From assembly GCF_009914755.1 (NCBI RefSeq), contig NC_060940.1: a stretch of DNA of 64,000 bases; one strand, written 5' to 3'. The translations under genes and the position numbers were made by a program. Every line of letters starts with the position of its first letter. Position 1 is the stretch's first letter. The notes under the pieces are model-generated. The model ran no database searches. It worked only from the letters and a program-made list of their open reading frames with translations, and was not told the origin of the DNA. Origin of the DNA: the human T2T-CHM13v2.0 reference genome, Homo sapiens. Shown here piece after piece: positions 1 to 15,165 of the stretch.

Positions 1-300
1 TTTAATCTCTTAGCAAGTCCTGGTGGACTTGCCTCTAAAATACACCCTGAATCCATCCACTAGTCTCGTCTCTACCTCCCCTGCCATCATCTCTCATCTA
101 AATATCTGCAACTGTCTCATAATGGTCATCTTGGTTTCTACTTTTATCCACCACCAAATAATGTTTAAAATGGTAAATTAGACCCTGTCACTCCCTTCAT
201 TAAGCTCTCCAGAAATTTCTTGCTGCTCTCAGAAAAGAATACACTTTCTTTCCACAACCCACAGACTCTTGCCAAGCTCACCAACTTCGTCCGCCTCTCT
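1..300 (+). mobile_element. L2 LINE 3'-region relic
   Basis: Degenerate match to L2 3' region (ctctaaaatacaccctgaatccatccac...ccatcatctctcatc...gaccctgtcactcc). Confidence 0.6.
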
Positions 301-384
301 CTGCAGTCCTGGGTTAGGTAACCTCTTCCTCCCCACTAGAAAGCCTGCTTTTGTTTTACTCATTAAGAGGTGCACCAGTGAGAA

Positions 385-3035
385 TATTTTAAGCTGCAAA
401 TAGCAGAAAATATCCTCAAAGAAAGTTGGCTATCTCACATAAAGTTCAGTCTGGTCATAAGGTCATTCTAGAAGCAACAAGAATCCAAGTTTTTCTGCAT
501 ATATAGTTTTCCAGTCTCAAATATTGCTTTCTTCAGGCTGGCTACCTCAGAGCATAAGATAGCTGCCCTGGTTCCAGGCATCACACTTTTCTCCATGTAT
601 CTCCATCTAGACATATCCGAGACTGGATAATTTATTTAAAAAAAGAAGTTTAATGATCTCACAGTTCCACGTGTGGCTGGGGGAGCCTCACAATCATGGC
701 GGAAGGTGAAAGGCACATCTTGTGTGGTGGCAGGCAAAGAGAGAATGAGAATCAAGTGAAAAGGGGAAACTCCTGATAAAACCAGCAGATCTTGTGAGAC
801 TTATTCACTACCATGAGAATAGAAAGGTGGAAACTGCCCCCATGATTCAATTATCTCCCACTGGATCCCTCCACAGCACGTGGGAATTATGGAAGCCACA
901 ATTAAAGATGAGATTTGAGTGGGGACAGAGCCAAACCATATTATTTTGCCCACAGCCCCTCCAAAATCTCATGTCCTCACATTTCAAAACCAGTCATGCC
1001 TTCCCAACAGTCCCCCAAAGTCTTAACTCATTTCAGCATTAACTCAAAAGTCCATAATCCAAAGGTCTCACCTGAGACAAGGCAAGTCCCTTCTGCCTAT
1101 GAGCCTGTAAAATCAAAAGCAAGTTAGTTACTTCCTAGATACAACTGGGGAATCTTCCTAGATAAAATTGGCATTGGATAAATAACCTCATTCCAAATTA
1201 CAGAAATTGGTCAAAACGAAGGGGCTAAAGGCCCCATGCAATTCCAAACTCCAGCGAGGCAGTCAAATCTTAAAGCTCCAAAATAATCTCCTTTGACTCC
1301 ATGTCTCACATCCAGGTCATGCTGATGCAAGAGGTGGATTCCCATGGTCATTAGGCAGCTCAGCCCCTGTGGCTTTGCAAGGTACAGCCTCCCTCCTGGC
1401 TGCTTTCATGGGCTGGCATTGAGTGTCTGTGGCTTTTCCAAGCACACAGTGCAAAGTGTTGGTGGATCTACAATTCTGGAGTCTGGAGGATGGTGACCCT
1501 CTTATCACACCTCCACTGGGCAGTGCCCCAGTGGGGACTCTGTGTAGGGGCTTCATCCCCACAGTTCCCTTCTGGACTGCCCTAGCAGAGGTTCTCCATG
1601 AGGGCCCTGACCCTACAGCAAACTTTGCCTGAACATCCAGGCATATGTCTTCTGAAATCTAGGCGGAGCTTCCCAAATCTCAATTCTTGACTTTTGTGCA
1701 CGTGCTGGCTAGACACCACATGGAAGCTGCCAAGGCTAGGAGCTTGCACCCTCTGAAGCCATGGTCTGAGCTGCACCTTGGCCCCTTTCAGCCATGGCCA
1801 GATCAGCTGGGATGCAATGGGCACTGAGTCCCTAGGCTGCACAGAGCAGGGAGACCCTGGGCCCAGCCCGTGAAACCATCTTTTCCTCCTATGACTCCTG
1901 GCCTGTGATGGGAAGGGCTACCGCAAAGGTCTCTGACATGCCCTGGAGACGTTTTCCCCATTGTCTTGAAGATTATAATTTGGCTCCTTATTACTTATGC
2001 AAATTTCTGCTTCCAACTTGAATTTCTCCTCAGAAAATGGGTTTTTCTTTTCTATTGCATTGTCAGTCTGCAAATTTTCCAAACTTTTATGCTCTGTTTC
2101 TCTTTTACAACTGAATGCTTTTAACACATCGAAGTCACCTCTTAAATGCTTTGCTGTTTAGAAATTTCTTTTACCAAATACCCTACCTAAGTCATCTCCC
2201 TCAAGTTCGAAGTTGCACAAATCTCTAGGGCAGGGGCAAAATGCCACCAGTCTCTTTGCTAAAATATAGCAAGAGTCACCTTTACTCCAGTTCCCAATAA
2301 GTTCCTCATTTCCATCTGAGACCACCTCAACCTAGGCTTTATTGACCATATTACTATCAGCATTTTTGGCAAAGCCATTCAGAAACTCTCTAGGAAGTTC
2401 CAAACTTTCCCACATTTTCCTGTCTTCTTCTCAGCCCTCCAAACTATTCCAACCCCTGCCTGTTACCCAGTTCTAAGGTCATTTCCACATTTTCGGGTAT
2501 CTTTACAGCAGCACCCCACTCTACTGGTACCAGTTTACTGTATTAGTCTGTCCTCATGCTGCTAATAAAGACATACCTGAGACTGGGTAATTTATAAAGA
2601 AAAAGAGGTTTAATGGACTCACAGTTCCACCTGGCTGGGGAAGCCTCACAGTCATGGCGGAAGGTAAAAGGTACATCTTATATGGTGGCAGACAAGAAAA
2701 GAATGAGAATCAAGAGAAAAGGGGAACCCCTTATTAAACCATCAGATCTCATGTGACGTATTCACTACCATGAGAACAATAAGGAGGAAACCCATGATTC
2801 AATTATCTCTCACCATTTCCCTCCCACAACACATGGGAATTATAGGGGCTACAATTCAAGATAAGATTTGAGTGGGGACACAGCCAAACCACATCAATCT
2901 TGATTACCTTAGACACTAAAATTTAACATTAAGTCATGGTGAGAAGGGATTGATACTTAAACAAAACCAGGTTTCTGCCGAAATAGAAGATGAGGGGATG
3001 GCTGTTTTGGGAGGCAACCAACCCACCTACCCCAA
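385..3035 (-). mobile_element. Old ERVL-type LTR relic (LTR33-like), split by the THE1B insertion
   Basis: ggctggctacctcagagcataagatagctgccctggttccaggcatcac left of THE1B; tgattaccttagac...aaaaccaggtttctg...gggaggcaacca right of it. Confidence 0.45.
609..2896 (-). mobile_element. Near full-length THE1B (ERVL-MaLR) element: LTR 609-943, internal 944-2538, LTR 2539-2896
   Basis: Two ~350-bp direct-repeat LTRs with THE1 motifs (gagactggg/ataattta...cacagttccac...agccaaacca(t/c)at(t/c)a) around a 1.6-kb THE1 internal region; left LTR lacks ~30 terminal bases. Confidence 0.93.
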
Positions 3036-3049
3036 CCAAGCAGCTGGGC

Positions 3050-3563
<514 letters not shown>

Positions 3564-3600
3564 CTGTATGGGTGCCCATTCTGCTAAAAGGAAAATACCT

Positions 3601-3908
<308 letters not shown>

Positions 3909-4073
3909 GCCTGGTCTTAGTTTCATCATTGGAAATAAGAAATTTGTTTTAAACTAGTTTTAGGGAAGTATACCGTCATAACAGTTCTATGAATTAGGGA
4001 AAGGTAACTGCTGTTAAAAATGGAAAAACAGAAGCCCGGAGAGTTATAAAAGTAGAAATGCTGACCTCTAGCC

Positions 4074-4375
<302 letters not shown>

Positions 4376-4719
4376 TAGTCTTGTGCTTGCTCTGAATGAT
4401 GCTTCTAACTCAAGAGAAGTGAGATGTGCATCCTAGGAGGGCTGAGAAGGAGGAGACATCCCTGACCAGATCTGGCCAGGCGATGGGAGCCAGAAACTAT
4501 CCATTAGAGCTGGAACCTCCAAAGCCAGAGAAGTGAAGAAACTCTCCCAGTGGGGCAAAGAGTTGAAGAAGCAGGAAGCCATGGGCAGGCTAAGGGTGCA
4601 TGAAGGACAGGCAGGCTGGAGAAGAAAATTCTCTTTGCAGACTAGAAGGAGATAAGGCTGGACAGGCCTGTTGAGGGTTTAATGCTGGGCAGAGGGGTAT
4701 AGATAGGAAAAGCAACCAT

Positions 4720-4912
4720 CACCTACTGAGAGAGCCTCTCACTGCCAGGCACCCAGCCAAGTGTCTCCCCTGTATTATTTGATCCTATTCTCCTAATGGC
4801 TCTGGCCACCAGGAATTGTCATTCCAATCACACAGAGGACATGGCTGAGTGACATCACCAAGGCACCCAGCTCAAATTCCAACTCAGAGCCACCTGATTC
4901 CATGCCTGCTTT
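4720..4912 (-). mobile_element. MIR
   Basis: actgccaggcac...gtcattccaatcacacagaggac...gagtgacatcaccaaggcacccag. Confidence 0.55.
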
Positions 4913-7349
4913 CAAAGTAATCAGGAAGCCTGGAGAGCCTCCAGCCCTCCACAATCTGCAGCAACAGCATGAAATTCCCGGCTGACCTGTAGACACATCA
5001 GTCATCTCCCTGAGTCATTTTAGGGGCTCTCAAATTAACTTTCGGTCAGAAGCACACAGTGGGACTTCTTGAATGATGGCATAAAATGATCAGCAATTGC
5101 CCTTCCTAGTAAAATGGGTGGAAATGATGTTTCAGCGTATCATTCAAAGTCTCTAGAAACTATCCCAAGGATATTTGGCAAATGGAGAAACGGGTTCACT
5201 CAAGAGAATCCACTAAATCTCCCTAAGAACAGTGAGAGTCGGTGGCATTTAAGGCATGGCCTACTCCACTACTCCCTCATCCCCAGCTCTGCATTACTCC
5301 ACCTCTGGGGTGTACAACCAAGAAGACGAAAAGTGCCACTCCTCCAAACCCCCAGTTTAGGCTGTGGCTCCACACCAGGAGGAGAAGTTTGCTGGCATTT
5401 ATCATCTTCCCCAGCCCCATGCTGAAGAAGCTCCAGGCATAGTAGTAGTTCCAGAATACTAGGGCCCCAATGCCCCCTGCCTCAGCTAGCTCATAAGGCA
5501 GAGGTTCACCCTAGAAGGGACGAGCCACAAAGGCCAGGCACTGCCATGTGTCCCTAGTTTCCACTCATAACATAAGGATGTCACTCTGGAAAAGCAGGAA
5601 AAACAGGTCTCCACCTCCAGCTTCAGTGCACTGGTACATGGGTTAGGCCTGGGAGAAATTCAGGCCATAAGAAAAAAGGGCTGCATAGCTCTGTCTGACT
5701 GAATTGACTTTATTTGAAATAGTGAATGGAGAATGCCATGCTTAAGGGCATTGCCAAAAACAATGGAGATTTTGGTGGAGAGCAACTAGGAGGAAGCTGG
5801 TAGATCTGATACAAGAAAAATGGCATTGCAGCCAGAAGCTTAATACAGGGAAGCAGGAAAGAGACAGACAACAACAGCCATCTGAGGTCACACACAACTC
5901 TGGGGGTAAAGAATGCTGTGTGCATGCACCAGGCTGTCCCTGTTCAAGAGCAAGCAGAGTAGATGCGGCCAGACCTGGAAGCATTCTCCAAGCTGCACAG
6001 AGACCATCAACACAGAGCAGAAGTCTTACTTAAGAAAGAAATTTAAGCACAACCTCTGACTGAACACAGAGTGAACAATAAGCTACTCTGATCCAGGAGT
6101 CACTCCTAGGAAGCCAGACTTTATGAAAGTTAGTTACCACTGGCAGTCAGGAAGCCTGAGTGCATGCCCAAGGCTGTATCCTCTCAAGAGTAACCAGAGA
6201 GGGAACCTCTAAGCTACCAGACTCTGGCTAAATGTAGGGCAAAAACAGTAAAGTCCTTGAATTGTGATGGAAGCTCCAAGTCACACACATATACGTTGGT
6301 AAAGGTAAAAATTTAGCTGGCTGAGGGGATGGTACCAGAACCACTGACTAATTAGTGTCTATGCCAACCCAGAGGCAAGCCCTAGGTAGCCAGGCTAAAA
6401 CAAGAATAAGGAAGATCTGAGCAGGGACATCAAAGCTACACATTGTGAGGAAAATAGACTTTGCACAATCAGTTCAACCGAGCCACTATACAAATATGCA
6501 AATGGCCAAGCAAGGAACATCAGTATCCAAGGCTGCTACAATACATTAATTAAGACCCCCAGTTTTAAACAAAAAGTATGAAGCATGCAAAGAAAGAAGG
6601 AAGTGTGCTCTACACATGGGTATAGAAGTAGGCAATAGAAAATGCCTTTGAAGTGTCACAGATGGTGGAATTAGTAGATACCAAAGTAGCTGTTAGGAAT
6701 ATGCTCAAAGAATTAAAGGAAACTATAACTAAAGAATTAAAAATATGATAAAAATGTCTCACCCAGCAGAAATAAAAATATTTAAAGGAACCAAATAGAA
6801 ATTCTAGAGTTAAAAAAATACAGTAAGTGAAATTTTAAAAAATTCACTAGAGGGCTAAACAACAGATTTGAGCAGGTCTAGAGTCAGTAAACTTGAAGAT
6901 AGATCAATGGAGATTGTGCATACTGTAGGACCGAGGAAAAAAGAATGAAGAAAAAAATGAATAAAGCTTCAAAGTAGTGTAGTATATCATAAGTACACCA
7001 ACATATGCAAGATAAGTGTAGACGAAGGAGAGGACAGAGAATAAGGGAAAGAAATATTTGAAAAACAATGTCAAATAATTTTCCAATTTTGATTTAAAAA
7101 AATTAATCTGCACTGGCAAGAAGCTTAATGAACTCTAAATAGAATAAATGCAAAGAAATCTACAACCATATACATCATAGTTAAAATATTGAGACACATC
7201 CTGAAAAAAGAAATGCAAAGAAAATTGTGAAAGCAACAAGAGAAAAATAAACATGTACAAAGAAACCACAATAAGACTGGCAGCTGACTTCTTATCTGAA
7301 CACTAAAGACAAGAAAGCAGTGGGACAACATATTCGAAGTGCTGAAAAT

Positions 7350-7353
<4 letters not shown>

Positions 7354-7382
<29 letters not shown>
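7354..7382. repeat. (CA)n microsatellite
   Basis: Directly visible. Confidence 0.95.
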
Positions 7383-7385
<3 letters not shown>

Positions 7386-7798
7386 CCAAGATTCCTATAT
7401 CCAGCAAAACAGTCTTTCAAAAATGAAGGTGAAATAACAATATTCTTGGATAAACAAAAACTGAGAGAATTTGTTGTTAGCAGATTTGCCTTACAAGAAA
7501 TACTAAAGTCCTTCAGACTGAGAGCAAGTTACATCAGAGAGTAACTTAAATCCACATAATAAGAAAAAGAATGCACATAAAGGTAATTATGTAGATAATC
7601 ACAAAAAACATATACTTGCATTTTTATTCTTCTTCACTGATTTAAATAGCAATTATGTAAGATTATACATATTATATAGATAGATTATACACAGATTTTA
7701 TATAGATCTATATATAGATTATATGCATTTTTGTGTGTGTGTGTGCATGTGTGTATACATACATACAGTATACATATGTATGTGTGTATACATACATA

Positions 7799-8128
7799 CA
7801 GTCATTCCTTATTTTCCATGGAAGATTTGTTCCAGGACTTCTCAGGGATGCAAAAATTCACAGATGCTCAAGTTACTGATATAAAATGGTATAGTATTTG
7901 CAGATAACCTGTGCACATCATCCTGTATACTTTAAATCATCTATAAATTACTTGCAATACCTAATACAATGTAAATGCTGTGTAAATAGTTGTCATATTA
8001 TAATATATAGGAAATAATAACCAAAAAGTCTGTACATCTTCAGTACAGATGCAATTTTTTTTCAAATATTTTTAATCCACAGTTGGTTGAATTCACAGAT
8101 ACAAAGTCCACACAATATAGAGAGGGTT

Positions 8129-8133
<5 letters not shown>
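7799..8133. mobile_element. MER2 (TcMar-Tigger MITE)
   Basis: cagtcattcc...gttccaggac...gatgctcaagt...tacctaatacaatgtaaatgc...cagttggttgaattcacagat...ctg; flanked by TA/TG-rich repeats. Confidence 0.85.

Positions 8134-8162
<29 letters not shown>
8132..8162. repeat. (TG)n microsatellite
   Basis: Directly visible. Confidence 0.95.
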
Positions 8163-8165
<3 letters not shown>

Positions 8166-8500
8166 AATGCATTATATATATGTATTTTATGTAGATATAC
8201 TTAATGTATAGCTATGCTGAAACATACAGAAAGGAATATATTTCACAATAACAGCACAAAGGAGGCAGGTAGAAATAAGATGTGTCAGGATAAGGAAGTG
8301 ATACCAGATGGTACCACAAAACCGCAAGAGAAATGAAGAGAACCAGAAATTGCAAATAAAAAGGCTAATATAACAATCTCTATAAATATATGATTGCTCT
8401 CTTTTCTTCTCTCAGTTCCTTTAAAAGGCAGATGATATAAAATAATCATAATTACATGTTATTGGGTTTGTAACACACAGAGGTATAAAATGTGTAATAA

Positions 8501-9357
8501 GGATAGCAGCAGGAGGCAGCCAAATGCCTTGACAGATGGGGCGGATCCCCAGTGAAACCCCACCTCCAAGCAGAAGACAGTTTAAAACCTGAAAGCCCAA
8601 CTACAAGTTAAATCCTTGGACTGGATTGAGAGCTTGTCCTCCTGTTTGGTGTGCTTTCCTCTGATTGATCCCCAACCTTCACCTATTTTACATATACCTA
8701 CTCTTTCCTAATTGGTTTTCTACACCGTCACGCCCACCTTTGAGGGGTGCTTTGCTTTAACCTTTTGCATACTCACGAACCAATCAGCATGCACTCCCCA
8801 TCCAGTGCCTATAAAGACCCCAGAGTCAGTGAGTGGAGGGAGAGATGGCCTGATTTCACGAAGAGACAACCTGACTTCAGGGAAGACAACCTGCCCATCC
8901 CATCCCCTCTCCAATTCCCCTCTCCAGCTCCCCTCTCTGCTGAGAGCTGTTGTCATGGCTCAGTGAAATTATCTGCCTTCACCATCCTTCAATCGTCGCA
9001 TGACCTCATTCTTCCTGGATGCTGGACAAGAGCTCAGGACCTATGGAGTGTGGGTACCCAGAAAAGGTTGTCACACTGGCCCTTGGCCCTTGCTGGCAGA
9101 GGATAGCTGCCCCATGTGATGAGGCAAAAGGCCACCTGAGGTGCTAACACACCACCATCCATTGGACTGTGGATGGCGGAACTAAAAGAACACTGTAACT
9201 CCCCTTCTGGGGCTTTGGGGTTACAGGCACCCTCACCTGGGTGCTGCCATGTTCCCCTCAAGGTGACACACATGGTCTGGACATGGGTTCTGCACTCACT
9301 CACTCACATGCTCCATCCTGCAAGGGGCTGAGTGTGGTGGGCCGAGTAGATGGGGCA
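8501..9357 (+). mobile_element. ERV1 solo LTR, LTR27/LTR28-like, 3'-truncated
   Basis: gatagcagcaggaggcagccaaatgcc...gtgaaaccccacctccaag start; CCAAT 8780 and TATAAA 8810; no terminal CA or TSD at right end. Confidence 0.75.
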
Positions 9358-9578
9358 ATGAAGAAGAAATAGGGAAACAAGCAAGCAAACAAGCAAAAAA
9401 AGAAACAAAATAAAAAACAAAATGACAGATATAAATCCAACCATATCAATAAAAACATTATGTAAATATATTACACAATATAATCAAAAGCCAAAGAATG
9501 TCATCCCAGATCAGTGGTATGTGGCCTACTGGAGACTCATCTTAGATTCAAAAACACAAATAGATTAAAGGTAAAATA

Positions 9579-10007
<429 letters not shown>

Positions 10008-10184
10008 TTAATAATACTAAAAAAAAATCAACCTACCAAGAAGATAGCACATTTACAAACATATATACATCTTAATGAAAGCCCCAAAATACATGAAGCA
10101 AAAACTGACAGAATCAGAGGAAGAAACAGACAATTCAAAAATAAAAGTTGAAGGCTTCAATAGCTCACTTGCCTTAATGGATAA

Positions 10185-10360
10185 TTCAAATACCTGTAGC
10201 ATGAAAAAATATTTAAAAAGAGATGGATATCCCAGTTACCCTGATTTGATTATATGAATGTAGCAAATCACCACATGTACTCTGAAAAGATACACATTGA
10301 ATATCCATTAATTTTAAACATTGAAAGTGATGAATTTTAAAAAATAAATATATATGTTTT
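10185..10360 (+). mobile_element. Short L1M 3'-end fragment inserted in the host L1 ORF2
   Basis: gatggatatcccagttaccctgatttgat...atcaccacatgtactctgaaaa. Confidence 0.55.
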
Positions 10361-10894
10361 AAAAGAACAGCTAAGCAAAAGATCAACCAGGACATATACA
10401 ATCTGAATGAAGCTGTAAGCCCACTAAACCTAACAAACGTAATTAGACTTAACAGACCTGCATCTAAATAGAACATTCCCAACCACCAACAGCAACAACA
10501 CATTCTTCTCAAAATCACAGAAAATATTCTCTAAGAGAGACAATATTCAAGGTCATAAAAAGAAAGCCTCAATAAATCTAAAAGGGTTGAAGTCATACAA
10601 AGTATTTTTCTCAAACACAATGAATGAAATTAGAAATCAGTAACAAGGAAATTTTGAAAAATCATAAACGTGGAAATGTAATAACATACTCCTAAACAAT
10701 AAATGGATCAAATAAGAAACCACAGGGGCATTAGAACATACTTTGAGATAAATGAAATCAAAGGTACAGCATCCTAAAGTTCATGGGATACAGCTAACAC
10801 AGTGCTCAGAGGAAATTTATAATTGTAAACACCTGTATTGAAAATGACGTAAACGCTAAAATTTAACCTGACCTCTTACCTTAAGAAGCTGGAA

Positions 10895-11328
<434 letters not shown>

Positions 11329-11351
11329 TTAACACATTTATAAAAGTTGGA

Positions 11352-11450
11352 TTTTTTATTGGGACACAATACTTGTATACTTTTTTATGGGGCACATGTG
11401 ACATTTTGTTGTATGCATAGGATATTTAATGATCATGGTATTTGTGTTAT
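11352..11450 (-). mobile_element. L1MA/PB 3'-end fragment
   Basis: cacaatacttgtatac...tttatggggcacatgtgacattttgttgtatgcatag. Confidence 0.6.
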
Positions 11451-12097
11451 TCTAAAACATTTTTAGATAGACTAACCTAGAAAAAAGTGAAGACTCAAAT
11501 AACTAACGTCAGAAATAAAAGAGGATCTATCACTACTCAGCTTACAGAAACACAAAAGATCATAAGAAAATACTACAAACACATACTATATCAAAAAATA
11601 GATTTCTTAGGTGAAATGGACAAGTTCTTAGAAAGACACAAATTATTCATAATAGCCAAAAGATGGAGACAACCAAAATGTCCATTAACTGATGAATGGA
11701 TAAATAAAAAGAGAGGTTAATGCATGCTACAACATTGATGACCCTTGAAAATGTTATGCTAAGTGAAGGAAGCCATTCATAAAAGACCAACACAGTGTAT
11801 GATTCCATTTACATGAATGTGCAGAAGAGGCAAATTTAGAGACACAGAAACCAGATTAATGGTTGCTTAGGGCCAGAGGAAAGGTGGGGTAGGAGTGGCA
11901 TGGGGATTGACTGCTAATGGGCATGGGGTATCATTTAGGGGAGATGAAAACCTTCTAAACTGAGATTATCATGATGATTACACAAACCTGTGAATATGCT
12001 AATAAACATTGAATCATTCACTTAGGTAGGTGAATTAGATATGAATCATATCTTAATAAATGTTTTTTTAATTAAAAAATATATCAGAAGGCTTAAT

Positions 12098-12990
<893 letters not shown>

Positions 12991-13009
12991 TCAAAATAAA
13001 AAGATGAAG

Positions 13010-13220
13010 TGGAAAGAGCAAGAATCTTGTATTTAGACTACAGAAACATGAGTCCTCCTTTCCTGATTGAGCAATCTCACACTAGCCTCAGTTTCCTCAC
13101 CTGTAAAAGGGAATGATGGCATCTACATTGCTAGATTGTTGGAACAATTCCTGGCTGCATATAAAATGCTTTCTGCCTTGTATAGCACAGAGCACACCCT
13201 TAATAGATAATCAGTGTTGT
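13010..13220 (+). mobile_element. MIR
   Basis: agcctcagtttcctcacctgtaaaagggaatgat core. Confidence 0.7.
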
Positions 13221-13774
13221 AATGACCAATGCAGTCAAAGTATTGTGAAGATTAAAGGAAGGTGCTAAGGATTTGTTTTCAGCTCCTGAAAACCAATACA
13301 GTGCTTAAGATACGTTTTCTAAATGAATGAACAAATGACTACCATACCATTCTGTGTGGCATGATTGCTCCTGAAAACAGATCTGATGTGTCGAAATGTT
13401 GAACAGCATGACGAATAACTCCTGAAATAGAAAACCTAGAGAAATGGACATTTTAAGTTTTTTTCTTACAAAAATGAACTATGAAGAAGACAGATGGGAA
13501 AAAAAAATGTCCAGCCTCAACTTCAAACATAAATTAGGTGTGACAATAAAGGCAATGTGCAGCCATGAATATTTAGGGGAATAATGCCAGAGGAACAGAT
13601 AGACATAAGCTGATAAGCCCTGCCCTGGGGCCTTGGCACTGGGAGAGTGGGATGGTGGGAAGGTAATCTTGGGGCTGTCATGCCCCAAGGCAAACTGATG
13701 CCTAAATTTCTGTTTTGTAAATGTGAAACACCAAAGCCAAATGGGATCAACGGTACTGTTTTGGAGGAAGAAGT

Positions 13775-14205
13775 TATATTTAATTGGCATCTACCCTGTG
13801 AAGCCCTGGAAATAGGTTATCTTATTTAATTCACACAACAAGCCTGAGAAACTGATATTATTACTCCCATTTTCCAGATGAGATAACTGTGTTTACAAGG
13901 GGAATGTGCCATACCTTAGAATATGTATCCAGTTGTGCCAGGATTAACTCTTGTACTGCTTTACAACTCATTTGTTCCTCACAATGACACTGTGAAGTGG
14001 GGATCACTATTTTGTTCCGCGAACAGATGAAGAAACACAGGGAGGTGACGTTATTTGCCCAAGGTCACTCTGATACTCACCTGAACCCAGATGTCTGGCT
14101 CTATAGTCCCTATTCTTAAGCACAATACTATGTAGACTCTAGTTAGCAGCAAATCAGGATTCCAACTCGTGTCTATTTCCTTTGCTCTGCTCCACCACGC
14201 TTCCT
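13775..14205 (-). mobile_element. Two MIRs; the 13930-14133 copy appears nested in the other
   Basis: Two reverse MIR cores (cccattttccagatgagataact; gaacagatgaagaaac...ttgcccaaggtcac). Confidence 0.65.
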
Positions 14206-14237
14206 TCCCATAGGAAACAATGTAGCTATTAGAAGTG

Positions 14238-14363
14238 TTGGGTGGTGGCTCATGCCTGCAATCTCAGCACTTTGGGAGGCAGAGGCAGGAGAATCGCTTG
14301 AGCTCAGGAGTTCAAGACCAGCCTGGGAAATATAGTGATATATCATCTCTAATAAAGAAAAAG
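14238..14363 (+). mobile_element. FLAM / Alu left monomer
   Basis: Single Alu arm followed by A-rich tail. Confidence 0.85.
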
Positions 14364-14639
14364 AAGTAGAAGAAATGTCACCTCTGGGGAAAAAAAAATT
14401 GACCAGAATTGGAAAATCTTAAATTCCTACAGGGGTGGATCTAAGGGAAGCCAGTCAGGTGAGCCAGAGAAGTCAGAAATTCGGGCCAGCTGGACCAGTT
14501 GTGCCCCATGCAAAGGGGGAAGCCATCATAAGCTGTCATAAACTACTTGTTGTCATAAGAAACTGAGGACCCAATATTGCTAGATTTTAATGTGGATTCT
14601 TCCACACTGTAAAATATTGAATCATCAATAGAGTGCATC

Positions 14640-14858
14640 TACACAAAATTTAGAAAGATGGAAAATGACTGTGTGCCATCAAGTCAAGAGAGTGGTCCCT
14701 GGGTGAGGATGGAGACAGAAGGGAGCAGGAAGTGCTGGTCCTGCCCTGTTCCGTGATCTGTGCTAGCTACACCGTTGTGCTCACACTGTGCTAATTTATC
14801 AAGCTGTGTGCTTGGAATATGGCACTTTTCTGTAGGTATATTACACTTAAAGTTTTTT
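14640..14858 (+). mobile_element. L1ME-type 3' end
   Basis: gtgatctgtgctagctacacc...atttatcaagctgt...gcacttttctgtaggtatattacacttaa. Confidence 0.55.
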
Positions 14859-15165
14859 GGTTGGGTGTGGTGGCTCATGCCTGTAATCCTAACTCTTTGG
14901 GAGGCCAAGGCAAGCAGATTGTTTGAGCCCAGGAGCTGGAGACCAGCCTGGGCAACAAGGTGAAACCCAGTCTCTACAAAACCGTAAAAAGTAGCCAGGC
15001 ATGGTGGCACACGCCTGTGGTCCCTCAGGAGGCTGAGGTGGGAGGGTCATCTGAGCCAAGGGAGGTCAAGGCTGCAGTGAGCTGTGATCGCGCCCCTGCA
15101 CTCCAGCCTGGGTGACAGAGCAAGATGTCTGTCTCAAAATAATCAAATAAATAAATACATACATA
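14859..15165 (+). mobile_element. AluJb-like
   Basis: gattgtttgagcccaggag, ggtcaaggctgcagtgagctgtgatcgc. Confidence 0.9.

Noticed and set aside
590-612. THE1B left junction as a third aberrant integration
   Set aside because: More simply explained by a normal ATCTT TSD plus a later ~31-bp deletion.
794-2127. Several 70-86 aa ORFs
   Set aside because: All lie inside THE1B and are fragments of decayed MaLR sequence.
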